A program made the translations under genes and the position numbers. From Candidatus Poseidoniaceae archaeon (GTDB taxonomy: Archaea; Thermoplasmatota; Poseidoniia; Poseidoniales; Poseidoniaceae): a stretch of DNA of 58,922 nucleotides. The stretch is from assembly GCA_030750665.1 (NCBI GenBank), contig JASMHR010000002.1:1-58922 (forward strand), read 5' to 3'. Shown here one piece after another: positions 26,553 through 36,008 of this stretch (position 1 is the first letter of the stretch; each line of letters opens with the position of its first letter). A model generated the notes under the pieces. It was not told the DNA's origin. It worked only from the letters and a program-made list of their open reading frames with translations, and did not search any database.

Positions 26553-27557
26553 ATGGTTGAGTTGCGATTCCATACCCGAGAGTCCGGGCGTTTGGCCAGT
26601 GACCAGACAACATTGGAGAACGTGACTGAATTAGCGAAGGAATCGAAGTGTGCATGGCTGGATATTCTGAAACCGAATGAGAAGATTCGCCAATTCCTTC
26701 TCGACCTCGGGATTGATGAATTGGCAGTTGAGGATTGTTTCGGGGATGCTGCAAACACGGTTCAAGGATTTGATAGCCACAACTTGATTGTGGTAAAGGC
26801 AAGAGATGCTGACAATAGATTGGATACTGAACCAATCGTAATTCTTGAGATTGAAAATTTATTGATCACTGTTCGACACACTAAGATCCCTGCTGTGAGT
26901 TCGTTCGCAACCAGATTCAAAAGAGCAGAAAATGAGGAATTGGACCTCGGAACAGATTACCTGCTTTACGAGATACTCGATGCCATCGCTGACGATTGGG
27001 TTCCTATTCTCAACGAGTATTCGGATGAACTAGACGAATTGGAGTACAGAGTCTTCGACCCCGCAAAGAAATATGACAATCTGCTTGAAAGCCTGCACGA
27101 ACTGAAGAAACACCTACGTGAAGCCTCGAAATCGATTGAATCATTGCAGTCGGCTCTCCTCAAGATGTTGAAACCTGGAGAACGCATGGTTTCCAAGGAT
27201 GCGATGAGATTGTTCGTCGACCTACAACAGATGACCACCACCTTAGTGAAGCGGGCAAGCAATTACTCAGCAGGAGCAACCAGTACCCGCGACACCTATC
27301 TCTCACACGTGAACCTGAAATTGGCTGAATCAAACGCACAGTTGACTGAGGTGATGACCACACTGACCATCATAGGTGCAATCATGCTTCCACTCACATT
27401 GATTGCTGGTATCTTTGGGATGAATGTTGAGGCATTTGAAGCCGGTAAAGGATTTCTCGACCTGTGGCAGATTATCGGTCTGATGGGTGCCTTCTGTTTG
27501 TTCATGCTACTCTATTTTTGGCGCCGTGGTTGGCTTGCCAGACTGCGAAACCGCTGA
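26553..27557 (+). CDS. corA: CorA-family Mg2+/Co2+ transporter
   Basis: 334 aa with two C-terminal TM helices and the signature GIFGMNVE. Confidence 0.9.
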   Translation: MVELRFHTRESGRLASDQTTLENVTELAKESKCAWLDILKPNEKIRQFLLDLGIDELAVEDCFGDAANTVQGFDSHNLIVVKARDADNRLDTEPIVILEIENLLITVRHTKIPAVSSFATRFKRAENEELDLGTDYLLYEILDAIADDWVPILNEYSDELDELEYRVFDPAKKYDNLLESLHELKKHLREASKSIESLQSALLKMLKPGERMVSKDAMRLFVDLQQMTTTLVKRASNYSAGATSTRDTYLSHVNLKLAESNAQLTEVMTTLTIIGAIMLPLTLIAGIFGMNVEAFEAGKGFLDLWQIIGLMGAFCLFMLLYFWRRGWLARLRNR

Positions 27558-28268
27558 TTAGTGATATTTTCGCGGACCCATCAACAATACGTTGAGGAAG
27601 AGCAGACCTGCTCCTCCTACTGCCATCCAGAAACCTGTACTGAGTTCCATTTCCAACCACATCGTCCTGCCATCCCCTTCCAAAGGATCAACCTCTGGAT
27701 AACTCTGTTCAAAAGGATAGGTCAGGTACCACCAAAGAAGGATTGAGATGGCCATCAAAACCACAAGGAAATTACTTGCACGAATCGCTTTTCTTCCTCC
27801 GACATAACCCATGAAACTAGCGCCAAAAGAAAGCATCAATGCTCCCCATATTCCATATCCTGCCTTCTGACCCCCACTGGCCACATCTTCACAAGAACCA
27901 TTTCCAAGGTTAAATCGTGCACTCTCCCAACTCTCTGTTGTTGTCACATCAACCTGCATACTTGGATGCCCACAGGCCCGTGCACTGCTAAAGATAATCT
28001 CACTGTCTCCATTCTCCCAGTTCTGAGTGGTTGACCATTGCCATGGGTCCTGTGCTACCCCGAAATGGCCTTCTCCCTTGTCTGCACTGTCTGCATTGGG
28101 AAACACATCAGTATCCTCGACCCATGAGAAATTCAACTGACATAGCACCAGCAACACGATGCCACCGGTGAAGGAGATTCGTCGAATCAAGCGCTTGACC
28201 ATGTATCGGCGTATCAGAAGATGGACTTGACCTGTTCGCTTCAGCGGCAACATTGAACGCCCACTCAT
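27558..28268 (-). CDS. Hypothetical membrane protein
   Basis: 236-aa ORF with an N-terminal helix, a Trp/Cys-containing extracytoplasmic segment and 3 C-terminal helices. Its stop abuts the corA stop. Confidence 0.5.
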   Translation of the reverse strand: MSGRSMLPLKRTGQVHLLIRRYMVKRLIRRISFTGGIVLLVLCQLNFSWVEDTDVFPNADSADKGEGHFGVAQDPWQWSTTQNWENGDSEIIFSSARACGHPSMQVDVTTTESWESARFNLGNGSCEDVASGGQKAGYGIWGALMLSFGASFMGYVGGRKAIRASNFLVVLMAISILLWWYLTYPFEQSYPEVDPLEGDGRTMWLEMELSTGFWMAVGGAGLLFLNVLLMGPRKYH

Positions 28269-28280
28269 GGAGTCGGAGGT

Positions 28281-28637
28281 ATGGTTTGGCTACAACTGGT
28301 AGGAAAAGGAGTCCTCAGCGGAGCGATAGTGGTAGGAGCGAGTGAATTGGCTAAGAAGACGACCTTATTGGGCGCATTGGTCATCTCGATACCGGTCACC
28401 AGCATCATGGCGATGATATGGTTGTACAAAGATACTGGAGATACGGAGAAAATCGCTGCATTCTCGGAATCAGTACTCTGGCTGGTGTTGCCTTCGTTGG
28501 TTCTATTCATCATCCTGCCCATTCTGTTGAGGCGCGGCTGGGAGTTCACCCCAGCACTTACTGTGGGTATCGTCAGCACCATCTTGGCCTACGGAATTGG
28601 GCTTTGGGTGGCCTCATCTTTCGGAACCACAGCATAA
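28281..28637 (+). CDS. Small 4-helix membrane protein (hypothetical)
   Basis: 118-aa hydrophobic ORF with an ATG start. Confidence 0.55.
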   Translation: MVWLQLVGKGVLSGAIVVGASELAKKTTLLGALVISIPVTSIMAMIWLYKDTGDTEKIAAFSESVLWLVLPSLVLFIILPILLRRGWEFTPALTVGIVSTILAYGIGLWVASSFGTTA

Positions 28638-28675
28638 CGCGGGGTTGATGAACCCCTGACACCGGTCCATGGCCG

Positions 28676-29863
28676 ATGAGCGAAACCTGGCAGGTCGGCG
28701 ACCTCGCCCACCATCTGCGCGACATCCTACGCAATTCGGATGTCAAGTCGGTCGCTGTACAGGGAGAATTGACTCAATACAAGGTCGCTGCAAGCGGTCA
28801 CGCCTACTTCTCACTCAAGGATGATGATGGCAAACTTGACTGTGTCGCATGGAGGAGCAAGGCGCAGTATTTTCCAAATGACCTCGCAGATGGAATGCAG
28901 GTCGTGGTCATCGCCTCGGTCGACCTCTATCCCCCCCAAGGGCGATTACAGATGCAGGTTGAACAACTCAAACCACTGTCCACCATCGGCTTACTGGAAG
29001 AGGTGAAACGCAAACTCATCGAGAAACTAAGGCTGAATGGCGACCTCGAGCGTTTGCAACGACCATTACCATTCATTCCAAGACATGTCGTCATCGTGAC
29101 AGGGGCTGGTTCTGCTGCACTGGCCGATATGCTGCGAATCAGAGATGAACGTTGGCCGGATATCCGATGCACAGTCATTGAGACCGTGGTTCAGGGTAGG
29201 GATTCCCATTCGATGCTTCCCAGAGCCTTGCGAGCAGCGTATTGCCTGCAACCAGATGTGGTTGTTGTAGGCAGAGGTGGAGGAAGTCCAGAGGACCTGT
29301 GGTCATTCAATCTAGAACCAATAATCGAAGCCATACTAGAGAGTCCTGTTCCAATCGTTTCTGCAGTCGGTCATGAATCCGACCATTTGGTCAGTGATCT
29401 GGTCGCCGACCACAGGGCTGCAACTCCCACCCATGCTATGGAGATGGTGATTCCAATACGAGGTGACCACGACTTGTTCCTTGACGAATTCACTGACCGT
29501 ATCGGGGCTGCGTTGAATCGATGGTTATCCAGACGCAAGGAAAGACTGGCAGCATTGGCTGCTAGACTCAGGTCTGCTCCTCTCATCGGTCTTGGCAAAG
29601 CACGACAATCCCTGTTGATGCTGAAGAATTCCTTGACCCGCTCTGCTGATGCTCGCTTGCAGCATGAAAGGAGAAGAGTCGAGAGATGTAGGGCGGTATT
29701 ACAGTTGACTGACCCCGATGCCGTGCTCAAACGCGGATGGAGCCTTGTGAAGGGCGCTGATGGCAAATTAGTCAGAAGCAAAGATGTAGCTGCAAAGGCA
29801 GCAAGCCTAAGTTTGACATTCCACGATGGCGACCTCGCCGTCAAACCGATGGAGAAAGATTGA
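28676..29863 (+). CDS. xseA: Exodeoxyribonuclease VII large subunit
   Basis: N-terminal OB fold (VAVQGELTQYKVAASGHAYFSLKD) and catalytic region GRGGGSPEDLWSFNLEPI...VSAVGHESDHLVSDLVADHRAATPTHA. Confidence 0.85.
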   Translation: MSETWQVGDLAHHLRDILRNSDVKSVAVQGELTQYKVAASGHAYFSLKDDDGKLDCVAWRSKAQYFPNDLADGMQVVVIASVDLYPPQGRLQMQVEQLKPLSTIGLLEEVKRKLIEKLRLNGDLERLQRPLPFIPRHVVIVTGAGSAALADMLRIRDERWPDIRCTVIETVVQGRDSHSMLPRALRAAYCLQPDVVVVGRGGGSPEDLWSFNLEPIIEAILESPVPIVSAVGHESDHLVSDLVADHRAATPTHAMEMVIPIRGDHDLFLDEFTDRIGAALNRWLSRRKERLAALAARLRSAPLIGLGKARQSLLMLKNSLTRSADARLQHERRRVERCRAVLQLTDPDAVLKRGWSLVKGADGKLVRSKDVAAKAASLSLTFHDGDLAVKPMEKD

Positions 29864-29864
29864 G

Positions 29865-30068
29865 ATGAACTACAGAGAGAGAATGGAAAGACTGGAAGAG
29901 ATAGTACGTATTTTGGACGCAGGTGAAAGTGAACTTGATGAGACATTGGCCCTCTTTGAAGAGGGCAGAAAACTGCTGAGCGAATGTAGCAAGGAATTGG
30001 AAGAAGCAGAAGGAAGTCTACGCAAATTGACGGTCGAAGAAGCGGAGCAATCAAACGATGAATCTTGA
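29865..30068 (+). CDS. xseB: Exodeoxyribonuclease VII small subunit
   Basis: MNYRERMERLEEIVRILDAGESELDETLALFEEGRKLL. The ATG lies 1 nt after the xseA stop. Confidence 0.8.
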   Translation: MNYRERMERLEEIVRILDAGESELDETLALFEEGRKLLSECSKELEEAEGSLRKLTVEEAEQSNDES

Positions 30069-30363
30069 TGGCGGGAGCATGAGTGAGAGAAAGCGAAAGG
30101 CTGCTCTTCGACAAGCCGCTTCAGTTCTTGACTCATGGCCGGAGCCACACGGTGCAGAGAAGATGGAAGTCATCGGTGCTGATTTAGAAGATGGATTGCT
30201 CAGAATAGCGATTCAACCTGCAAGACCGCAGTGCCCATGTTGTTTGGTCGACCTTGAGTCACTGCGAAACGAGTTGATGAAGAAGAAAGGCATTGACAAG
30301 GTACACCTCGAAGTGATGGGGGTTCCAGCAGCCAATCGCTGGACAAGGGCCATCAACTCATGA
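30058..30363 (+). CDS. Small DUF59/MIP18-like (Fe-S assembly-type) domain protein; tentative
   Basis: 101 aa. The pattern LLRIAIQPARPQCPCC...LESLRNELMKKKGIDKVHLEVMGVP...RWT resembles the DUF59 fold signature. Confidence 0.4.
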   Translation: MNLDGGSMSERKRKAALRQAASVLDSWPEPHGAEKMEVIGADLEDGLLRIAIQPARPQCPCCLVDLESLRNELMKKKGIDKVHLEVMGVPAANRWTRAINS

Positions 30364-30619
30364 AACGCTGCAAGCGATTTTCAAGGCGAGAAATGCCCCC
30401 GCCTGCCCATTGTTTTACAACTTCACCATCAATGAAAATTACATTGAATGGAAGCATATCAACTTGAGAAACCCATGGTTGAGCGATTTTGAAACGACCG
30501 AGACCAGGCTGATCGAGAAGAATCTTCGCTACCTTGACTCCTTCATATGGAGAATCCCAAGCATCGAGTTCCTCAGTCCACTTATTGCAAGCAACACAAG
30601 TGGTCTTACCAAGCATCAA
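30353..30619 (-). CDS. Thioredoxin-fold protein with a CxxC motif
   Basis: 88 aa with N-terminal TTCVACNKW, located next to the peroxiredoxin gene. Confidence 0.5.
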   Translation of the reverse strand: MMLGKTTCVACNKWTEELDAWDSPYEGVKVAKILLDQPGLGRFKIAQPWVSQVDMLPFNVIFIDGEVVKQWAGGGISRLENRLQRFMS

Positions 30620-30694
30620 GACAATTGTTCCCCCTGACAGGAAATCCTGCCAAGTACTGCCATCGAGGATTTCGATGGAAACATCCCCTCTAGT

Positions 30695-31222
30695 TCAAGC
30701 GACGTAATTGTCGCCCTTCTTCCAGTCTGCCCCACAGAGCCCACCGGCTTGAGTAGCCTGACAAGTTCGCAGTATCTCATTTGGGCTGCGTCCTGCATCC
30801 ATTCCATTGATACTATACATCTGGACATTCCCGTCACCATCGACAAGAACTGTTCCCCTGAAACCGACTCCAACCGCTTCATTCATCATCCCGAATGCAC
30901 GTGTTACACTGTGTGTGGTATCTGCTAGAACTGGATGAGTGACTCCCTGTGGGAATATGTCATTATCTGCAAACCAAGCGTTATGGCTGAACCAAGAATC
31001 AGTTGAACAACCGATGACTGTGATACCATCATCCTCAAACTCTTCTTTCAGACTTTCAAATCCAACGATTTCGGTTGGGCAGATGAATGTGAAATCGAGG
31101 GGGTACCAGTAAATGAGGTACCACTTCCCTGAAAATTCGTCGCTGCTCATTTCTCTCTTCTCACCGTTTGCATAAACCGTGGCAGACCATTCTGGTGCTG
31201 CTTTTCCTATCATATTGCTCAT
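30695..31222 (-). CDS. Typical 2-Cys peroxiredoxin (AhpC/TSA family)
   Basis: WYLIYWYPLDFTFICPTEI peroxidatic-Cys motif and GGLCGADWKKGD resolving-Cys motif. Confidence 0.9.
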   Translation of the reverse strand: MSNMIGKAAPEWSATVYANGEKREMSSDEFSGKWYLIYWYPLDFTFICPTEIVGFESLKEEFEDDGITVIGCSTDSWFSHNAWFADNDIFPQGVTHPVLADTTHSVTRAFGMMNEAVGVGFRGTVLVDGDGNVQMYSINGMDAGRSPNEILRTCQATQAGGLCGADWKKGDNYVA

Positions 31223-31291
31223 GAAAATCTCTCCTTGATACGACGATATAGTCGCTTGATATGAATGCTTGTACTTGTAATTCAGACGACT

Positions 31292-32122
31292 TCACAAGTC
31301 AAACGGATCAAGATGCACTATCTGTTCGATATCGATGCGCTTGTATCCCCTTTGTTCTGCAAATTCAGCACTGCGTTTCAGCATCCTCTTCATCCAGCCC
31401 AACATCATCAATGACTTCATCTCAGACAATCTCTCAATGAAACCTTCAGCGCTGTTTCCAAGAACAATCGACTGACGTATCCCCGCTTCAGTCTGATCGA
31501 CCACATCATAATACAATTCCAACAGTTCATGGATGGCTGCATCAGTGACTGGCATTCCTGCGAAATCTTTTGCCATTCTACGCAGGCTGGTTGCAGTCAA
31601 GATACTCTGCCCCACTCCCGACATTGCATCAGCCAAAGGATCGGCCTCCGCTTCCATTGTCAACTTTGCATCAACTGCTGCAGCAATATCAACACCGTGA
31701 CTCTGCAGTCTTACCACCTTGTCGAGATGGCGTGGTTTGATCGTACCCACCCTGTCAACTGCTGCGGCTTCTGATGCTGCTCTAACCGTTGTCGAAAGGA
31801 ATGTCTCAAGATCATCAATTCCCCTCTGCACAGCAGCAGACCCGACTGATTCAAGTTTAGAGATGCGTTCAATCATCAACTCGCGAGTACGATTATAATT
31901 CAATCTCGTGCGCTGTGGGTCATCGAGAGTCTTGCGCTCAGGATCATTGGACAGAGTATCATTTTCCATGGCAGGTACAAGTCTATCCAACTCGGCCAAC
32001 ATCAACTTGACCAACTTCTCCTTGACCTCAGCAGAAATACGAAGATCGGTGAATTCGGAAGCAAGAAAGCCGATGTGACTGGTCGACCATGGTTTCGCCA
32101 TGATTCGGGCGGAGACCTTCAC
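31292..32122 (-). CDS. Hypothetical protein, possibly two histone-fold-like modules
   Basis: 276-aa helical ORF containing two segments that resemble histone alpha1-alpha2 and alpha2-L2-alpha3 (see findings). Weak call. Confidence 0.4.
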   Translation of the reverse strand: MKVSARIMAKPWSTSHIGFLASEFTDLRISAEVKEKLVKLMLAELDRLVPAMENDTLSNDPERKTLDDPQRTRLNYNRTRELMIERISKLESVGSAAVQRGIDDLETFLSTTVRAASEAAAVDRVGTIKPRHLDKVVRLQSHGVDIAAAVDAKLTMEAEADPLADAMSGVGQSILTATSLRRMAKDFAGMPVTDAAIHELLELYYDVVDQTEAGIRQSIVLGNSAEGFIERLSEMKSLMMLGWMKRMLKRSAEFAEQRGYKRIDIEQIVHLDPFDL

Positions 32123-32149
32123 CTCAATGAAGATGGCTCAAAGAATGGC

Positions 32150-33421
32150 TCACCATTGATGCAACCATGGGAAGGCCCCATCGGCCGTGATAGGCTCAAG
32201 GCCTGCTTCAGTCATCACCCAAGTGTCCTCGCTGCCAATACTACCTTCAGAATATACTGCCTTGGGTTCTATGGCCATGGTATTACCAGGTATCAGAGGT
32301 CTATCGAAACCCGCAGCCACCACTGGACTCTCATCTAATTCAAGACCTATTGAATGACCAAGGAATCTGCTCTGGTCAGGCTGCATTCCCATCAGATGTT
32401 CGGCATGTCCCAACTCGGCCGCTAATTCTGAACCTTTCACCCAAGCCTGTGCACAGGTTGCGCCTGCACTGAGTTCATCGACAACCATATCCTTGACCGC
32501 CAACATATCTTCAAGTCTGGACATCCAATGCTCAGATAACGAACCGGCAACAAACATTCTGGTCATGTCGGCAAGATATCCTCTGTGGCTATGCAGAAGA
32601 TCAACCAATACCGGCTCTCCTGCCTTGACTCTTGAGAATCCAGAACCCATGCCTGCTCCTGGATATGGCCCCGTACCGCCAACAGCAGCATCGAAGAAAG
32701 ATGGTATTCCACCGGACCCGCCTGAGACGATCACTCCTCGGTCGCATTGCATCGGGAATCTGCGCAGATTGATGTTGCCAGCGAAACCTGCTTCTCGTGA
32801 TATCGCCTCGGCGATCGCCACCAGTTCAAGTTCACTCATCCCCTCTCCACCTTGCTCTGCAATGGCATTGAACATCTGTAACTGGGTATCAGCAGCACAG
32901 CGCATCATTTCCACCTCCCATGTGGATTTATCCTCTCTCAACATATGCAGCAATCTGGTACAGTCGCCGCCATCGCCAAGGATTGAAGCAAACTTCGAAG
33001 CAAAGGAAGAAGGAATCACACCATGTTGCAACGCCGGAGTACAGCCAAGAACATCTGAAAACTCCTTCATGCGTGGAAAAGAGACTACCTCGTGCGGAGC
33101 ATCATCCGCACCAGCCTCCCATTTAGCCCTCCTCAAGGAGCGGCGCACATATTGAACTGGGGTGACATCTTCATATGCGGAAATGAACATGGAAGCATTT
33201 TGGCGTCCACCGGCAAAATAGTAGAGATCAACGGGATTCTGGATTAAAGCGCCTGCCAGACCTTCTTCCCTGAGGGCTTGAGCCATGGCCTCCTGACGAG
33301 AAACCAGTTCAGAAACCGGGACTCTCCAGTCTTCGCCTTCATGGCCGCTCAAGTCGCTCTCGGACCAGGTCATCAGTAGGTGCAGGGGCGGGGCTATGAT
33401 GAATACTGCGCGGAATCTCAT
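32150..33421 (-). CDS. M24-family metallopeptidase (Xaa-Pro aminopeptidase/prolidase-like)
   Basis: Pita-bread-fold motifs GYLADMTRMF, LGHSIGLELDE and GNTMAIEPK. The ATG overlaps the stop of the upstream methyltransferase (ATGA). An alternative start is at 33373. Confidence 0.8.
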   Translation of the reverse strand: MRFRAVFIIAPPLHLLMTWSESDLSGHEGEDWRVPVSELVSRQEAMAQALREEGLAGALIQNPVDLYYFAGGRQNASMFISAYEDVTPVQYVRRSLRRAKWEAGADDAPHEVVSFPRMKEFSDVLGCTPALQHGVIPSSFASKFASILGDGGDCTRLLHMLREDKSTWEVEMMRCAADTQLQMFNAIAEQGGEGMSELELVAIAEAISREAGFAGNINLRRFPMQCDRGVIVSGGSGGIPSFFDAAVGGTGPYPGAGMGSGFSRVKAGEPVLVDLLHSHRGYLADMTRMFVAGSLSEHWMSRLEDMLAVKDMVVDELSAGATCAQAWVKGSELAAELGHAEHLMGMQPDQSRFLGHSIGLELDESPVVAAGFDRPLIPGNTMAIEPKAVYSEGSIGSEDTWVMTEAGLEPITADGAFPWLHQW

Positions 33422-34383
33422 GCCTTGAGTTCAAGAACTTCGGCATCAATCCTTGACTTGGCTATCTCACAATACTCCTGAGAAATGTCAACACCAACAT
33501 ATCTTCGACCGGTTCGGATTGCAGCGATAGCCGTACTCCCAGAACCGAGAAATGGGTCGAGAACGACATCGCCCGCAAAGCTGTACATCTCGATGCAACG
33601 GCGCGGCAGTTCCACTGGAAAGGGGGCAGGATGCTTTACTCGCTTTGCTGACTCGGTATTGAATGACCATATCGACTTGGTTTGTTGGATGAATTCCTCC
33701 TTGACAATGGTGTCCACCCTGCCGTTCTCCTTGTCCTCTGGACTGCGAGGAAGTTTGTATTCCCCTTTGCTGTAAACAAGAATGTATTCATGAATATCTC
33801 TGAGACATGGATTGCTGGCACTCTTGAACGAACCCCATGCACAGGAGGAACCTGCGCTTGCTGCCTTGTCCCAGATAATCTCACCGCGCATCAGGAAACC
33901 GATTTCCTGCATGATGATATTGATGTGGCTTGACAAGGGAATGTAGGGTTTCCTGCCTAGATTAGCCACATTGATCACTGCCCGGCCTCCCGGTACCAAA
34001 ACCCTGTAACACTCCTCGAATACGTCTCTCAACAGCCCTAGATACTCCTTAAGAGTCAAGTCGTCATCATACTCCTTGGCCGCATTATAAGGAGGAGAGG
34101 TGACCATCAAATGAACCGTGTTATCAGGAATATCGATGCTTCTGCTGTCGCCACAGATGATGTGATTCTCACGGTCTGCTGGTAATGGGTTCGCCATTCC
34201 TGTATCTGATTCCTGTCTTTGATCATCATACATGCGACCCGAATAATACTTGGACGAATCATGCCCCTCGCGTTTGCTCACTCCAAATGAACTGGTGGCG
34301 GTGCTGGCACGTTTGCGAGCACCTGAGATTCCCTTGGAATCGTCTTCGCGCGCCATGGAACGCGCAACGGCTCGACTCATCAC
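33418..34383 (-). CDS. DNA methyltransferase, beta class (N4-cytosine or N6-adenine)
   Basis: Motif IV LMVTSPPYNAAKEY precedes motif I VLDPFLGSGSTAIAA, and CGDS lies upstream. A ~70-aa basic, Ser-rich N-terminal extension is present. Confidence 0.85.
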   Translation of the reverse strand: MMSRAVARSMAREDDSKGISGARKRASTATSSFGVSKREGHDSSKYYSGRMYDDQRQESDTGMANPLPADRENHIICGDSRSIDIPDNTVHLMVTSPPYNAAKEYDDDLTLKEYLGLLRDVFEECYRVLVPGGRAVINVANLGRKPYIPLSSHINIIMQEIGFLMRGEIIWDKAASAGSSCAWGSFKSASNPCLRDIHEYILVYSKGEYKLPRSPEDKENGRVDTIVKEEFIQQTKSIWSFNTESAKRVKHPAPFPVELPRRCIEMYSFAGDVVLDPFLGSGSTAIAAIRTGRRYVGVDISQEYCEIAKSRIDAEVLELKA

Positions 34384-34520
34384 CTATAATCTGCCATCAC
34401 TGAACCATTCAAGACCGCGATTTGCAGACCTGCGGGCCTACGCGAATCCCTGCAAGTGTATTCACACTCATTGAAATGGAGGGGAACCACTGAAAACCAT
34501 CAGTTGTCCGCGAGGGTCTG

Positions 34521-35789
34521 ATGGCAAGAGTCGTCACGCTGGACGAGGTTAAGTTAGAGGGCAAAACTGTCCTTCTAAGAACAGACATCAATTCACCTCT
34601 TCATCCAGAGACAAAATCCTTCCTCGATAATACAAGAATTCGGATGATTCTACCCACATTACGAAAATTATCCAAAAGCAAGGTAGTCATCATGACTCAC
34701 CAGAGCAGACCAGGCAAATCAGACTTCACTGGAACTCTAGGGCACGCACGAGAACTGGGTAGACTAATTGGGAAGAAAGTGAATTGGGTGAATGACATCC
34801 ATGGAGAGAAGGCACTTGCCGCAATCGAATCTCTTGAAATCGGAGAGATGCTCATGCTCAACAATGTGAGGATGGATGAAGAAGAGATTTCCATGAATAA
34901 AGCCAGTTATGAGAAATTGAGCGAAAGCAATATTGTTTCAACTCTATCTGGGGTTGTTGACGTATTTGTCAACGACGCTTTCGCCTGTGCCCACCGGAGT
35001 ACTCCATCCACTACGGGATTCACCAATGTCATACCCTGTGTGGCTGGAGAATTGATGAGTAAAGAAATCCGAGCATTGCAAAGGGTCAGTGAAAATCCGG
35101 AACGCCCATGTATCGCTGTTCTTGGCGGCATCAAGGTCGATGATTCCATCAAGGTCGCGGACAATATGTTGCGAGGTGGAATCTGTGATCAAATATGGGT
35201 CATTGGCGGGGTTGCAAACCTGTTCCTGATATGCAGTGGCATCGATATCGGTGGCCCCAGTACTGAATTCCTGCGTAATGAATTGGGCGATTCCTGGGAT
35301 GATGTGGTCGAGATGGCAAACATTCTACTTGCAGACCATGGAGAACAGATAATCATGCCAGATGACCTTGCTGCGAATATTGGTGGAAACAGAGTTGATA
35401 CCGCTATTGGAGAATTGCCAATCGAAGCGCCACTGCTTGATCTTGGAGTGATGTCCACGCTGAAATTGTCCAAGGCAATCAAGGAGGCTGGAACCGTAAT
35501 ACTGAACGGTCCCGCTGGAGTGTTCGAGATGGAAGATTTCGCTTTCGGAACAGTCGAGATGTTGAACGCTTGCTCAGAATCAAAAGCCTATACTATCATG
35601 GGCGGGGGACATACCGCCACCTTGGTATCTCAAATGGGCATTGCCAGCAAGATGGGGCATGTCTCCACAGGAGGAGGGGCCTGCATGAGTTTCCTTTCAG
35701 GCGAAAGCCTGCCAGTATTGGCTGCATTAGCCAATAATGCATTACGTTTCGATGTCGAGATTATCATGCATGGAATCGAAGAATCTTGA
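34521..35789 (+). CDS. pgk: Phosphoglycerate kinase (archaeal type)
   Basis: 422 aa with VLLRTDINSP, IMTHQSRPG, and C-terminal GGGHTA...STGGGA. Confidence 0.9.
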   Translation: MARVVTLDEVKLEGKTVLLRTDINSPLHPETKSFLDNTRIRMILPTLRKLSKSKVVIMTHQSRPGKSDFTGTLGHARELGRLIGKKVNWVNDIHGEKALAAIESLEIGEMLMLNNVRMDEEEISMNKASYEKLSESNIVSTLSGVVDVFVNDAFACAHRSTPSTTGFTNVIPCVAGELMSKEIRALQRVSENPERPCIAVLGGIKVDDSIKVADNMLRGGICDQIWVIGGVANLFLICSGIDIGGPSTEFLRNELGDSWDDVVEMANILLADHGEQIIMPDDLAANIGGNRVDTAIGELPIEAPLLDLGVMSTLKLSKAIKEAGTVILNGPAGVFEMEDFAFGTVEMLNACSESKAYTIMGGGHTATLVSQMGIASKMGHVSTGGGACMSFLSGESLPVLAALANNALRFDVEIIMHGIEES

Positions 35790-35832
35790 TTGCCGATGTG
35801 CTTATCTCAGGCTTTCAGGTGGGTGAAGCATC

Positions 35833-35905
35833 GCCACTGTAGCTTAGTTGGTAGAGCGCGTGATTCGTAATCACGAGGTCGGGAATTCGAGTTTCCCCTG
35901 TGGCT
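35833..35905 (+). tRNA. tRNA-Thr (anticodon CGU)
   Basis: Hand-folded cloverleaf. Acceptor GCCACTG/CTGTGGC has one U-U mismatch at 6:67. D arm GCTT..GAGC. Anticodon arm CGTGA-TTCGTAA-TCACG. T arm GGGAA-TTCGAGT-TTCCC. No encoded CCA. Confidence 0.85.
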
Positions 35906-36008
35906 CTTGTCGCTGGATGTTGCACCACAGTTTAGCATCGCACTTCCTTCGATGCATGATGTTGTTGGATGGACCGTACTGAGCGTTATTCTCAGTCCAG
36001 TGCTCAAC

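Noticed and set aside
29371-30114. 247-aa minus-strand ORF across xseA/xseB
   Set aside because: It is antisense to two motif-supported genes and has a Leu/Ser/Arg-rich composition typical of antisense frames.
35906-36008. An integrated mobile element between the tRNA-Thr and its 3'-end repeat
   Set aside because: Only ~100 nt lie between the repeats and no integrase or other element gene is present. I report it only as an att-like scar, not as a mobile element.
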